This document shows positions 9,811-24,099 of a stretch of DNA of 64,000 nucleotides, piece after piece. Origin of the DNA: Octopus sinensis (lineage: Eukaryota); the NCBI RefSeq assembly GCF_006345805.1, contig NW_021831041.1:62001-126000 (forward strand), in the 5' to 3' direction. The stretch's first letter is position 1. Each line of letters starts with the position of its first letter. The notes under the pieces are model-generated. The model was not told where the DNA came from. It saw only the letters and a list, made by a program, of their open reading frames with translations, and did no database searches. The position numbers were made by a program, and so were the translations under genes.

Positions 9811-12800
9811 ATGACGAGCATTGCTGCTGTCCCCCAAATTGGATTTTTTGCTGGTAAAAAACACGCGTGCCTATAAATCAGACACACGTGATTGGGAAGG
9901 GAATGGCATGGTGTATCTACCTCGAAAGGAGGGCTCCTTTACACGTTTAGAAATACAAACATTTTTTGAATATATCACAAAAATAGTCGAGTAGGCATGA
10001 TTCGATAAAATGACCAGGAGAGGACATGACTCTGCTTTTTCTATAGTCGTCGACAATTCTCAGGTGAACTTTCCTGACGAATTATTCCTGTTGGGGACCA
10101 TCCAAGTTGTGTAATGTTCCATATCACTAGAAATACTGTGGAAGTGTCGTCGCCAAAGTGTACATTGTAGGAAGTGCAAAACTCGAAGACAGTCTATTTT
10201 CTTTCCCTGTCGTGTCCTTGACACAGAATTCTCTATTAGAAATATTGAAAAATGACGGATTTGATTTGAATTTTTTGACTTCCGCCTCCAAAGACATGGC
10301 CAGATGGGTTGCCATTCGAAAAGTTTGTGTTTGTCGATTGTTGGATAGAAAATTGATTGGTTTTGCCGCGATGTAGAAAAACCGTCAAATTTATCACAAG
10401 ATAACGCCTTTCTGGAATGTCTTGGTGGTTTATTATTTTTCAATTCAGGAACCGAAATTATACAAGAGATTGATAGTAGAAGCACAAACGTGACAGAAAT
10501 TGCCTTGGATCAGCAAATCGCGAGGGAATACATTCTGACTTGTATCGATAATGTCAGAGAAAGAAATGGGTTTGCCAAGTCTGACAAAAAAGTTGTTGTC
10601 TGAAGAATTATTTCAGTTGTGTTTGCTGAAAGCTCGCATTGACAGTATTGAGTTTGACGAAACCGACCCATCTAAGCTTGAAATGGCATTAGAAGAGTTT
10701 GAGGAATTGGAAAATGCAGCAAAGGTTGAAAGAATAGTAAATTAGCACGAGGAGTTGGAAGAGGACTGTCAGGAGGCACATCAAATAAGGAATTTGATCA
10801 GGGACAATATTCGTCACATCTCGGACTGCTTGTTTCTGTCTCACTTGGAGAGAGTTGTTCCCGAATGGATTGACTAATAGATGTGTGACTTTCAAGACGA
10901 GCATTATCTTGACGCATTGGCAGCTAAATTCAGTCAATCGGACTTGGCGAATAAATTCCGAGAATTAAATGAACGGCTAATCGAAATTGGTATTTTTTAT
11001 TTAATGGAAAATTCAGAGAAATGCAAAAAACAGCTAAAATTCGTGAAAATGGAAGGCGAAAATGAGAAAGAAATTAAAACAGTCGAAACTCGCATTCAAA
11101 ACTGTGTCACTAAGATTGATAAATTGACTGAGAAAACAGAGAAAGAAAGAAACTTTTTACTAACTACAATACTGAGCAATCACATCGAACAGGACGTGTC
11201 CAATGTAAACACTTACTCCTAAGTCTTAGACCGTAGATCACCTGAAGAAAATGTGCGAGGTAGTACTTCATTACCAGTACTGCGACTATGCCAAGGCGAG
11301 AAAACACTATTCACTCATGTATACTACTGCACAAGTAATCGACTGCACTACTCGTCTAGAAAACATACGAGTACGGTGAAATGTCCCTCAAAATATTGGA
11401 AATACTGTGGAAGAGACTCGACTCGAATAGGGAGAGTATCCGCCGCCTGAGCACACAACTGGACGACCATTGGAAGGTGGCTGCCGAGCAGTTTTCTACA
11501 ATTCTCTTAAAGGTTAAAATGAGAGGAGACAATCCATAGGAGGAGTCGACTGGAAGTTGGGAAGAGGAATGGTATTAATGTGCACTCACATGGCAGCATT
11601 GAAAGAGGACGCGAGTCGATCGTGATCGAAGCGTCGAACCAAAAGTATTTTAATTGTCTTAGTTTTAGTGAATGCGGAAATATTGACTCGTCACAGGTTA
11701 TTATTTATTTTCCTATTTCCCCGATAAATAATTTGCCCTCTTCGGTGTCCTTACTTATCCCTAATACTGTTTCTATGACATTTACTAATGACAGTCTGCT
11801 GTATCTCACGAAATGCAAATTGAAGAGTTTCCTGGTTCCGTCGAACAAAATCTAATTGACCCAACCTTGTTTGCTGATATTTGCGAACGTTTGGGATACT
11901 CCTGGGCTCGACTGCAGGAATTAATGGAAAGTCGACTGTGCCGGCTTGAATTATCAGAATCCTTTATTGAAGAGGCTCAAAATGTACTAAGATTGTAATA
12001 TTCATAGCTCTGTCTTGAAATAACTCAACTTACCGAATATTTGAATACTAAGATGCTTAGTCCAATGGCTGTTCAACTAAATGAAGGAATGTTGTTTGTC
12101 AATATTTTTAGACCTTGATCGACGGTACAACAATGCGATCGAAAGTGGCAGAATGCTAATCGAACGTATCGAAACACTCAACTCGTCAATACTTCTGGCT
12201 ACTAAGGAAGAGGAAGCTCAGAAATCACTTGTCAAGATTCATACCACTCTCGAATCACTGAGCAAGCAATACTCGCTATTACAACGCTTGATCAGCCAGA
12301 ACAAGGATTCAGAGGCAGATCCTGATCGAGAATAATCTTATAGATGGCAGTAGACAATATACGTCGACATCTGCTGGAACTAATGAGCACTCCAATCACT
12401 TCAGTCCACACGTGTTCCATTGCTCAAGGAAAACTAGAAGATATAATTTCAGAGCTAAAAGTTTGGTTTATTGAACAGTGATGGCGACTAGAAATACGAA
12501 CTTGTTAGTGAAAATGTGGGATTGAGCGATCAGATATATCAATGTTCGGAGTGCCTCGACAGCATCTCCATATTCTTTACCGAAAGTGACAAAGTTCCAT
12601 TTACTATGCCAATGTTTAGTTTGAATCTGAAATAATTGAACTTGAAAAGGCGGTGCATTACATCGATCCTTATGGCAGGTCATCCTCTGATCTATACGGC
12701 CAATGCCTTGTTCGAAAAGGCTCATTCCTAGTTCTCACAAACCAATTGACTGCCATGCTCATGACCGCCGGATTTTCTGTCTCCGGAATCGCCCAAAGAG

Positions 12801-15800
12801 TAGTAAATGTAGCTCAAATGAGTAGCAATTCGACTTGGAAAGACGCCTGGACGTGCTAGGAGAGAGTCATGAAATCATGCACAAGGCGACTGAAGTGATC
12901 CTCGAGGACGACTACTCTCTGGTAGTGTCGAGGAATAGTCAATTACAGTTGGAAAAGTGGTACGAATATGCGGTCAGTAAAGGATATACTAATATCAGTT
13001 GTCCTCTCACTTATCAGGAATGTCAGATTGCACTTGACGAGTCAATCAATCACTCAGTTGAAATGACAGTTTAAAAACATTGTTCGTTCATTTGTAGCAC
13101 AAACAACCACTGGTTGAACGATTGCGAATATTTCTCGATTCACCAATGGCCCAAAAAATGGAGGATTATGCTAATTCTGTCCACCAACTCGTCTTTAATT
13201 GGAACCAAATCCTTGAACTCGTAGAAAACAAACGTAATCTACTCCAGAAGTACAACTGCTTCCTCAAATCTGCTGACAAAGTAAAAACTTGATTAGTCAG
13301 TCGCCAGTTGGAAGAGGATTCCGCCAATCTGAGTAAGGTCCTCGTCATGTTTTCGGAAACTCCAAACACAGTCACCAGACCCGGCGTTTTAAACGTCAAC
13401 GGAGAATACCTCCGCATTTCGAATGCCATTTCGGATATTTGCATGGACGCGGATAGTATTTCTGCAGAAATGGCATCTCCGAGAATGTCATATGTTTAGA
13501 ACCAGCAAGGAGTGGAGACGGGCCCTCTCGAACGGCGGATCCGTGAATTGAAAGTCATTTCGACGTCTCTTAAAGAACTCATTGACTTGATGCCAAAATT
13601 TGAGCCGGATGTCTCCAGGTGGAGAGACTTTTCGGACGAATGTCGGAAACTGGTTCTAGAAATGAAGGAAAGTGAATTATTTCTCCTCCCCAACCACATT
13701 GATAATGATAATCCGACAGCCACAATTTCTCTTTGCAAAGAAATACTCGTCAAAATCGAATCCTCTCTTAATGTAAACGATTCTGTTCATTTGTGTAGAT
13801 CACTGCAAAACGCGTGCAAGATTATTTGGAAAAGACCGGCGAGACGACCGAATCCAATCTCAGTTGCACGTTCGCGGAATATGTGGATGTGGTGAATAAA
13901 CACCGGGACTTTATTGAGGAAATAATAAAATATTGCAATCTATTGCAAACAGTGAATTCTCCGAAATATGCTTAGATCCAATCGCCTGAACTTGATGACT
14001 CACTCCAGAATCGACGCAATGAACTCGTCCAAATTGCACGGCGTCTGCGTCGAGTAATTGGTTGTGTCACCGGGCAGGATTTCCGTCGATCTCCCCACCA
14101 AGAAGTGCAATCCTTGTTGAATGAGCTGTTGAATATTTCATCAAACGTGGCACGCGATGGTCAAACTCGCGTTCTAGACCAGCTGGTCTCCACGACTTCA
14201 AAACTTGTCGAATGGCGGGAAAATGTCTCTAGAGTGTTCGGAATAATTACGGAAACTGATCTGACTTCCATCGAAGGACTTTGCAATGTTTGTTCAAAAA
14301 CTAATTCTCCAGAAAGTCGAATCGGATGCTTTGAAATACATTGCTGACTGTTCCCCTGATAATGAATTGTTTCCCGTCAAACGTCGTCTCCACGAAATGC
14401 AGGAGTTGTTAGAACAGTGTCGCAATTATGATATTATTCTGACGGATTATGCCTCAGTATAGGATTTTTATCATATTTTGCAGGTCTCGCAGTGGTTGGA
14501 CACCGTATCTGATTCGCCGAGCAGTGTTTTGCTGGAACAGGTTCCCTTCTACAGACAGAAGATTGACAAGTGCCATCTCATGTCCCTCAACACTTGCTGT
14601 ACCGCATTCCTTTGCATTTACAGCTCCGAGTGAAATTGAACAAATCGAAAATCTCAAGTCGCGCTTTGAAGAAAAAATTGACTTGATTTGTGACGTGAGT
14701 CCAATCAAGTATTGATGTGTGTTGAATCTGTGTTTAGGACGGCCCGAATAGTAAAGACAAGCCCCCATGACACTGTAGAAGACAACACATATTCAGAGAA
14801 CGTGCCGTCGTTCAAAGACGTATTCATGTGCTATATTTGGCCGTAGTATTTGAACAATATACGCTGTCTTTCTGGAAATGATGTCGCCCTCGAGTGCACT
14901 CCCAACAATGCCACTCATTTCGAATGGTTCTACAACGACACCAGACTGACTCTATCACAACCAATCGACGAGAAATACCCGCTTTGTCATCTGCTCATTA
15001 AAAATGTCACAATAAGTGACTCCGGCCTATATAAGTGCAGAATCACCAACCAGTATGGGTCGGCCGACTTGGTATTTGTTGTGGATGTAGAAGGTGGCTC
15101 CACACACTCATTTTCTAGATAGTGAAATAAAAGAAGACTCGCAGGTCGAATTGAGTCGTGTTGAGGTAAAGGAGTCTCCTAATTGTTAAGATGAAACCCG
15201 ATTTGATGGACAGTCTCGAAGAACTAGTCCCTCACTTCCGGAATAACACTCGGATTTCACCCTTTCCTCCCAAAATATACTGTTTGGATTACCAAGAAAA
15301 GGAGAATCGACACATAGTCCAATGTGATGTTTTTGGAGGGAGAGGAACGGAGGTATTCTCGCTCATTTTATACAGGTATTTTTGTTTCGCAACGGTGAAC
15401 GTATGGACGACGTTTTGTCTGTCACTCAGTCGAAGGATGGCCATTTGGTGGCCAAACTGAGAAGCAGTCCAGGAGACTGGGCAGTGGGAGTAAAGAACAG
15501 TCTGGGAAAAGCCATTCGTGTTTACTCACCTCCGTTTGCTGAGGATGAATACGTCAAGCCATTCTTTACAGTCATTCCGGAAAATATTCAAGCTCCACTA
15601 CACAGTAGGACAAAAGCGACATGTCAATGGAAGGGATCTCCGACTCCCGAGGTGGTTTGGTACCTGAATGCGTGTCCAGTGAGTAGTCTTCCCAGCGTCA
15701 CTGTTGTCGTAATTGTTTAGAGTATAGGTTTCCTTCGATGACGATACAAGCACTTTGGAGATTAGAGACGTCATCAAAGAGAACAGTGGCAAGTACAGGT

Positions 15801-18800
15801 TTTTTGCTTCCAATTGTGCGGGGGATGATTCATTTGTGGTCGACGTCACCTGTGTCGGTTTTACTTAATTATCAATTTTATAAGACGAATTTTCTACAAA
15901 AATATGTTCTACTGAACTGAACGAGGAAGAATCATTAATACTTGAAGTCGCAAGGAAAGGAGATTCTACCAATTATGTTTGGAAGAAGAACGGATCTATA
16001 TTGAAGGAGGACGCACAAACCAAGTATTTACTTAATCCATAAAACCTAGAATTATACATAGCGATCAAAGTTGCCGTCTCCTCATTCAAAACACGACATG
16101 CGAGAATAGTGGACTTTATCAGTGCTATTACTCCTCCGACCATAACTCCCCTATTTTCCAGAGCAAAGTTATTATTAAAGGTGAGTGGAAATCAATATTC
16201 AGCCATTCCACTCAAAGTGGCAGAGGAAATTACGTTGGAATTGAAAAACGGTGATTCGTCCAGACAAACAGCAATCTGTGGCGAGGATTCTCTCATATCT
16301 TTCCAAGTGAGTGGTACTGGAGGACAGACTCCTATCATTGAATGGCGGAAGGACGGGTCGTTGATTAGTGGCGGTATTCTACCAATAGGAACAGTGGTAG
16401 ACTACAGAACAACCTGTTTCTACCAGGGAGAGACTGCCAGTCTCCGAATGAGCAATATCCGGGAATCTGATGAAGGGAACTACACTTGCCGAGTCATATT
16501 AGGCACCCAATCGACAGAGAGGGGGAAATATTTGTGGATAACTAATTCGAGGGATAATTCGAGGTAAGAAAGGTATTTCCATTGTTGAGGAGTGCCCCTT
16601 CTTCAAATTCATTCCGGCCGATTGCAGTACAGTAGAGAACGAAGGAAGAACTTTTGTGGTGAACTGTGGAGGGACGCCTATTCCAGAAATAACTTGGTCA
16701 CTCAATGGAAAACAGTTGCATGATGTAGAGAATGGGGTGTATTGTGTAGAGCAGGCGATATTCCCTTACAAACGACGGGTTTCTTTCGAAATTGTTCATC
16801 AAATCCATTCGACTTGAGGACGCTGGAGTTCTCGAAATCACAGCCTCCAACGAATTTGGGACTGCCAAAAAACAAGTCAATCTAGTCGTCGAACCCAGAG
16901 GAGAATTATTCGGAACTCTGCAGCGTACAAAGTATGCGACTGGACTGTATATTGCATCGTGATGTATTCAGAAAACCATTCTTTCTGGAAACCATCCACT
17001 CCCGAGATTCCGAGAACATGTCTGAAATGGTCCTCGAGTGTCAACTAGAGCCCTCAGTGGAAGCAGATGTCGTGTGGCTTTTCAATAAGCAAGAAATAGA
17101 CAAGAAATCTGGTCATTATAAAATCGAGAAAGAAAACTCCGGGATTTGCAGATTAACTGTTTACGAATTGACTGATAAGGATGGAGGCCGTTATTCATGT
17201 TTGGCTCACAACAAGTATGGAGTTACTCGAATACACGCCAACATAAGTCTTGATGGTTGCTTAGTAAAGTCAATGTGTAGAACTTGACAAACCTGACAAG
17301 CCGAGTGAAACAATCGGACCTGTTTCTGCTGAAAAGGGAGATTCCGTGACGGTAAGAATATCCACGGAGAATCATACCGCGATGACATGGTGAGCAACCG
17401 TAATGTGATTGCAGGACTCGAGATGGAATGACTGGATGGGTTAAGTGCGAGAAAGACGAGATGGGAGTCAACTATTTCAGGATCGAGGGTGTAAGTGAGC
17501 AGAGTGTGGGGAAGTACTTATTGCGAATTGACGACACATTGAACGAGTGTGTTAGCGAGGTGCAAGTTGGATTAGGTATAAAAGTGCAATTATACTTATT
17601 TGTCAACGTTAGCGTAAAATGACAAACCAATCGATGTGCCGAGTATTACTTATAGCAACACACTGCATTCTCCGCTTATTTAGTTTTTGCATGTATCTTA
17701 AGGAAATTGATTTGCCGACCGTGGCGATGTACTGCAATATTGCATATATTAAGATATGTGCTCATGTTAGTACCCTCCAAGCGTCCATTCAACCACGCGG
17801 TATTGCAATCGCGGCATTTCTCTGTTCTTATCTAATACTCGCAGATTACAAGCAGGAATACGATTTTGTCCTCCACATCAGCCCCAAGGAGGTCTCAGAT
17901 GATCTACAATTTGCCTGCGATATAAGCAGCAAGACGAAACCGCAAGTTCGATGGTTTTATAATGACCACGAACTGGAGGGCTTTGGGAACTACGTCTTCT
18001 TCAAAGTTGTTGCACAAAACCATTCTGTAGAACAGCCAACAACACGACATTGGCATTTCGGACAAACTGTTGGACCTTCCAACTGATCCAATTTATGCCC
18101 GTGACTCAGAGAACGTAATCAAGTACTACGCATCCGTCGACGTAACAGGTCGAGTGTGTGCCCGTATATCCTCACAGCCAGTCCGACTAAAGAAATTCCT
18201 CCTAAATTTCTAATTGCAATCAACACTACCGTAAGTGATGAGACAAGGCTGGAGACGCGAATATCCGGAAGGCCGAAACCGGAGGTCACGTGGTACAAGG
18301 ACGGGGAAGAGTTGATGACCAGTCAACGTCGATTCCTGGAATATGGGCAGGAGGGGAAAATCTCACTTGTTATTCTCGATATATCTACTGCCGATTTTGG
18401 AAAATACACATGCATTGCACGGAATCCAGCAGGATATGATATTGCGGAGACATCCCTCACTTTACCAGATCACTTGGAGACTGCGACGACCATTGTGGAG
18501 GAGGATTTGGTTATTAGTGATGGTCAGTCGATGATCACAGGTATACAGATTGTTATATCCAGACATGAAAACTCGCCAAGATATCAATATTTCTGGAGGA
18601 GAATTTGATATTCTGCAAACGTATGATTTGCTATTTCATGTGCAGAACATACGATGTTCGGATTCTATTAACTGGGCTCGACAAAAAGAAGCAAACTATA
18701 GAACCGGAAACACATCTATCAGATTCACCTGTCCAAGACGATTCCAAAGAAAGTTCTTCCTCGGATGAGAGTTCTGACTATACAAGTGAGCCATGTGGGA

Positions 18801-21663
18801 CGACTGGGTCAGAACGTGGAATATCGCCAAGATACTTAGTCGAAGAAAGTCTGACTAGGCCTGAGGCAAATCGTTTATTTCCGACAGAAAAAGACGTGAG
18901 AATAATTCACGAAGACCTTCCAATGCCGCGAACGTATCAAGTAACAAGAGAACCTGGTTTTCTGGACAAGCAAAACGCAGAACGTTCATTTCCTTTAGAA
19001 AGTGACAGAGATATTCGAATAATTCAAGAAATTTCCATCCCCAAAACTGTTCAAAAATTAAATGAAATCAGTTTTCCAAAAAAGTCTGAAGAAAGTGAAC
19101 GAGACATAAAAATACTTAACCAAGACAGCCCATTTCCAATGCCGTGTCAAAGATCAGAAGAAATTACTTTTCCAAAAAAACCTGCTGAAAATGAAAGAGA
19201 CATTAAGATAATCCACCATGATTTTCCCATACAAATATCCAAAGAAAACAATTTCCCCAGTGAGCCAGTAGCGGAGAGGTTGTTTCCAACGGAAACTGAG
19301 AGAGATATCCGAATAATTCACCAAGACTACGTATCAAAAGAAATCAGTTTCCAAGCAAGCCAGTCGCAGAGAGTCCACTTCCTTCTAAAAGTGAGAGAGA
19401 TATCCGAATAATTCACCAAGACTACGTATCAAAAGAAATCAGTTTTCCAAGCAAGCCAGTTGCAGAGAGTCCTTTTCCTTCTAAAAGTGAGAGAGATATC
19501 CGAATAATTCACCAAGACAAATCCACAACAAAAACATTCCAAACATCCAAAGAAATCCAATTCCCGTACAAGCCCGTTGCTGAACGTAAACTTCCTTTTG
19601 AACGAGACATCAAAATAATTCAAGAAGGCGTTCCCACCACCAAAACTTATCAAATATCAAAAGAAATCAACATTCAAAGTAATCTCTCAGAAAGTGAACG
19701 CGACATCAAAATAATTGATAAAGATGTTCCCACCCCAGAAGCATCTCAAATACGAAAAGAAACCAGCTCTCCGAGCAGGCCGGAGACAGAACCTACATTC
19801 CTTTTGAAATGGAGAGAGATATCCGCATAATTCATCAAGACCTACCCAAAACTGTCCAAATATCCAAAGAAATCAATTTTCCGACTAAACCTGTGGCAGG
19901 ACGTACAATTCTCGCTGGAAGTGACCGAGATGTCAGAATAGTCTTTAAAGACGACCAAATATCCCGGAATGAATACCCCCAAGACTATCCAATTATCAAA
20001 AAGTCCGTCTCCCCTGCCTCTGAACGTGATATTCGAATAGTGGACACTGACTCTCCAGAAATATCTAGCCATAAATCGAGTCCTGGCAAATCATTTATGA
20101 AAAAACTTGATATTCGAATAGTGCCGGGAAAATGTGCTGAGAGTGACATTGATTCGGAGGGTAACGTTTCCCGGGACATTTATTCTTCTCAAGAGACGTC
20201 TTATCCAACAACAATCACTGAGCCAACCAGTCAAATAACGTAAATAACAATCGCTGAATTGTAGACTCGAATGTGAGGATGAAAGTGCTAAAGACTCAGT
20301 AAGAGGGGACACGAGTGAATATGGTGAGCCCCTTTCTAATCTGTAGATGTTTTAAATTATGAAATTGTTCATAAAGATGAGAGTAACACCACAATACAGA
20401 CTGTCTCCACTCTCGTAGACCCTAAGAAGGAATTCTGCTTCGATTTGAGGTATCTCGTTATTATATTGTGAGTGAGAAAACGACCTCTGACGACGAAAGC
20501 GACCTCAGGTGAGCAATTCTCAATAATTGGCTTAGTAGTAGATTGCGTCTTGATACGTCGCAACCAAGCGAGCCTCAAGTCTCTCGGAATCTTTTGGACG
20601 GTGAGACCACGTGTTTTTATTGAAGTGAGGAAAATGTTTCCCCAAATATCTTACGATTCGGGAATAGCTCCAAATATCAGTATGGACTCATCCATCGCCA
20701 GTCGAGTCAAGCCCGTCACAAGAGAGGACTCGATTAAGAATGTATTCTTCTTCATTCACCGACAGTTCACCCGCCGACTGAGAAACATTCGCACCAAAGA
20801 AAAGAGCGTGGCGGAATTTGTGTGCGAATATTCTTCGGGTGGTGTCAGTGCTCAGTGGTTTCACCAGCAGTCACCGGTAGAAGAGGGGACTGGGAAGTAT
20901 GAAGTCACTAACAGCCATCGAGTTTCGAGACTTGAAATCAAAGATTTGTGTCTGGGAGATTCTGGTGAAGTGGAGTGCATTATCAATGGACGGTCGACCT
21001 CCGCTCGTTTGACTGTCGAAAGTTGTCCTCGCATTAACCTTCCAGAACTTGTCGACATTTTCCGGACTAAACTGAAGAGTCAAAATGTACGTGAAGGCGC
21101 ACCCGCACACTTTTGGGTAGAACTGGACGTGGATGGAGTGGAGGTAGAGTGGAGAGCGGATGATCAAGTTATTGAATTGAGTGAGGCGGTGGCGACACAG
21201 GACGGACCAATCCACTCTCTGAAATTCCACAATGTCAAACGGAGTGACCATGCCAAGTCAATATCAGCACATTGTCTCGACTTTAGTACTTCCGCCTTCA
21301 TATCAGTGATTGGTTGTGTGTCTTTTCTTATCCCAAGGATGCGAAGAAGAATTGGTGGTTGTCCGTCGTATGGAGGGGTTCCTGGCATATCCTCACGAGA
21401 ACGTGGTTTTCATAATCGAGTTCTCTCGGCCATGTCACGATGTGCGGTGGTATCGCGGGGACCAGCAGATCGTCCCCAATTTATCTAAATACGAAAATTA
21501 CTGCGACAATGGCATCCAGCACTGTCTGGTCATTTCGGATGTTGACAAAAGTGATGCGGGGACATATTATGTCTACTTTGAGGACGTCGGATCTGACCAC
21601 GCTGATCTAGTTGTCCAAGATCCCAAACTGATTGACGAGTTTAGTCACATACAGTTTGATTAA
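9811..21663 (+). CDS. Giant SEC14 + spectrin-repeat + multi-Ig protein (zormin / SESTD1-CCDC141-titin-like) with a central repeat region; dozens of micro-introns
   Basis: Spliced N-terminus (FFADTRDWEGNGMVYLP...AFSIVVD...RWVAIRKKIDWF) resembles the Trio/SESTD1 SEC14 domain. 10.5-14.7 kb is helical with Trp-containing spectrin-like repeats. At least ten I-set Ig domains follow (e.g. WFYND...DSGLYKC, WYKDG...DFGKYTCIARN). Exact exon boundaries only partly resolved. Confidence 0.8.
18872..20126 (+). repeat. Coding tandem repeat: 13 copies of an (E/D)RD(I/V)(R/K)II-type motif, including a near-perfect 96-bp unit
   Basis: Units start at 19298, 19393 and 19489 (95 and 96 bp spacing). Motifs TEKDVRII, SDRDIRII, SERDIKIL, NERDIKII, TERDIRII and others. 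Confidence 0.9.
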
Positions 21664-22573
21664 TTAACTCAGAGTTAATTATTTTTCTAATTTCGTTGCT
21701 AATATGAGTTAATATTTATTTCCTTTTCTGTCTGAGTGCATATTCAAATAGTTGGACTTAACATATTTCTATTTAATGGATATAGTCATGACAAATCCTG
21801 ATTTTAGCTTAATCAAGACTGAAAATTTGACATATCCAATTATAACTGCGCTTTGAGAAATGTGGAAATGTGCTGAAGTTCTGAATAGTCTGTGCATCTT
21901 TATATCAAATACAGTTTGTTATGTTTGAACATTGATGACATTCCCTCGAATGACTTTAGAGGATTCTAAAATGTGCATGGAGGTGCAAAAAATACAGAGT
22001 TCATAAAATTCACAGTTTCAAACTTTATTTAAATTTTACAGTTTAAACTAGAGAATACATAACCAATTTATATCTCAATAATAAGGTTTATCACTTGCAC
22101 AAATTCGGGGGAAATATGCACTGACATTTCCTTTCATTAAAATTTGGTCCTGTCCTTAAAATTTTGTTCAAAGATGGCAAATAAATTCATTTTTGTTTTT
22201 AAAATTTGAAATAAAATGCTTGTCTATTTTCTTTGAACGGATTACTCTTCCTCACGATCTTTTGAGCTACAACAAAACTGATCCAGTTCTCAAAATATAT
22301 TTTTATCTATTATAATTGCAATTTCGAAAATCCAATAAAGTGTTTATTTTTCTCGGAGTTTCCTCAGCCTTGTAGCACGAGCAAGTAAAAGGAAAACTGC
22401 GGGCTTGATTTGTTGCGTATAAAAAATTATTTATAAAAACAGGGCATTTTAACAGTCATCCTTTTTGCCTGAGAATTAAATCTTTCTTATTTAAGTACGA
22501 TTCTATATATTTATTTCTAAAAATATATGCATTAATTAAATACTTATCAAATAAAACAAAAAGTAAAAATATA

Positions 22574-23351
22574 ATGTCGTCCGAACGCTATAGCTTCTCG
22601 TTGACCACTTTCAGGTTGTAAATGAATATTAACCGACAGTCCAACTGGCAAGCTCAATCAAATCGAGCATGCACTGGCAGCCGTAGCAGCAGGTGCCCCG
22701 TCGGTGGGAATCAAAAGTGAGCATAAAGATGGTCATTTGTAGCCTCTCAAGGCGTGGTGTTAGCAACCGAGCGATATCACCGGACTGTGTTATACGACGT
22801 GGAAAGTCTGCACAAAATAGAACCAATTGGCAAACACTCAGGCGCCACATTCAGTGGAATCAGTCCCGACTTTCGTGTGATTATCAAATTCATTCGCAAA
22901 CAATGTGCCAACTACATGTACAAATACGACTCAGAAATGGGAGTGGAGACTCTGGCACAAGGAGTGTCCCACATCATGCAGGAGTACACTCAGTCAGGGT
23001 AGTCTGTGTGCACACGCAAGGGGAGTCCGTCCATTTGGCATGTCCCTCCTGGTGGCTGGGTGGAGTGAGGGGAAGGGCCATCTCTACCAGTGTGACCCCT
23101 CTGGCATCCACTTCCCATGGAAGGCGTGTGCCATTGGGAAGAACCATCTGTCTAATAGACTGTTCCTGGAGAAGAGATATGACTCGACTATGATGTTGGA
23201 TGACGCAGTCCACACGGCTATTCTCACATTGCAGGACAACTTTGACGGGGCTATGACCGAGCATGACATTGACATTGCTTTGGCTACTCCCTCAGGGTTC
23301 CGGCAACTGTCTGCGGCTGAGGTGAAGGACTATTTGTCCATTCTTAAATAA
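22574..23351 (+). CDS. PSMA2: Proteasome subunit alpha-2; introns of 25, 26 and 22 nt
   Basis: [56 protein letters not shown]...WKA. Confidence 0.96.
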
Positions 23352-23439
23352 CTAACTAGTGAACCATTCTTTTTTAGAATAAAGTGGTTAACCTGCCAAA
23401 ATAATAACTAACGATTCCTTTATTAAGACATTTGTTATA

Positions 23440-23782
23440 TTAATTGTTCTTTTTGTGTTTGAGGACGACCCACACGATTATGACGACCAGGACGGTGAGG
23501 ACGACCCCTCCTATTATTAGTTTCATCTGCGTGTTGGACAGGTATAACCTTGAGGTTCTTCCACCAGTATTTTCGACGGAGGCGATTGGCACTTGTGTTG
23601 AAGTTGGAAGCCCCTTGTTGGAGCATGTCTGCTCGTCCGTCCAATTCGCTTAGTTTGCTGTCACGTTCCAGCACTTTCTCGACGTTTACCTTCATTATGT
23701 CCACCACATAGGAATTAAAGGCAATTTATACTTCGTCGACTTGTGCTCTTGCCATTTCTAGTTTGTTGTTTGTTGGATTCAT
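23440..23782 (-). CDS. VAMP: Synaptobrevin/VAMP2-3-like R-SNARE; 2 introns, the first apparently GT-AT
   Basis: AQVDE|[36 protein letters not shown]...RKYWWKNLK|[10 protein letters not shown] plus a transmembrane segment. Confidence 0.93.
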
Positions 23783-24099
23783 TGCAACTAGGAACCACAA
23801 ACTTATATTTTATTAATTCCTTTACAAGACAATTATTATTTTAATTTGATTTTACTTATATCATTAATTAACGATTTATGCCAAGACAAACAAATTTATG
23901 TCAAATTTTTTAATAAGTCAATTAGGTCACTAAATCTGTCTTTTATTTTGTTCAAAACCAAAGCCAACAGTTTATCGTCACTTTAAAGAGGCCAAAACAG
24001 TCTTTCATTTCCGAAGGTTACTCGAAATATTTTAATATTGAAAGATAGCAATTTCTCGATTTAGCAATTTGTGCAAATAATTTGGATGTTTCCATAGGA

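Noticed and set aside
9870-10485. Minus-strand ORFs initially considered a separate gene
   Set aside because: The plus strand splices into a coherent SEC14 domain across this interval.
19345-19805. Two 1-nt deletions (near 19350 and 19799) breaking the giant gene's repeat exon, read as pseudogenisation or programmed frameshifting
   Set aside because: Both lie in short T/C runs, and the adjacent repeat unit has the extra base. A consensus error is more likely; raw reads are needed.
21670-22570. Possible small genes in unexplained spacers (also 39010-39570 and 56800-58500)
   Set aside because: AT-rich, with no recognisable motifs or supportable spliced frame.
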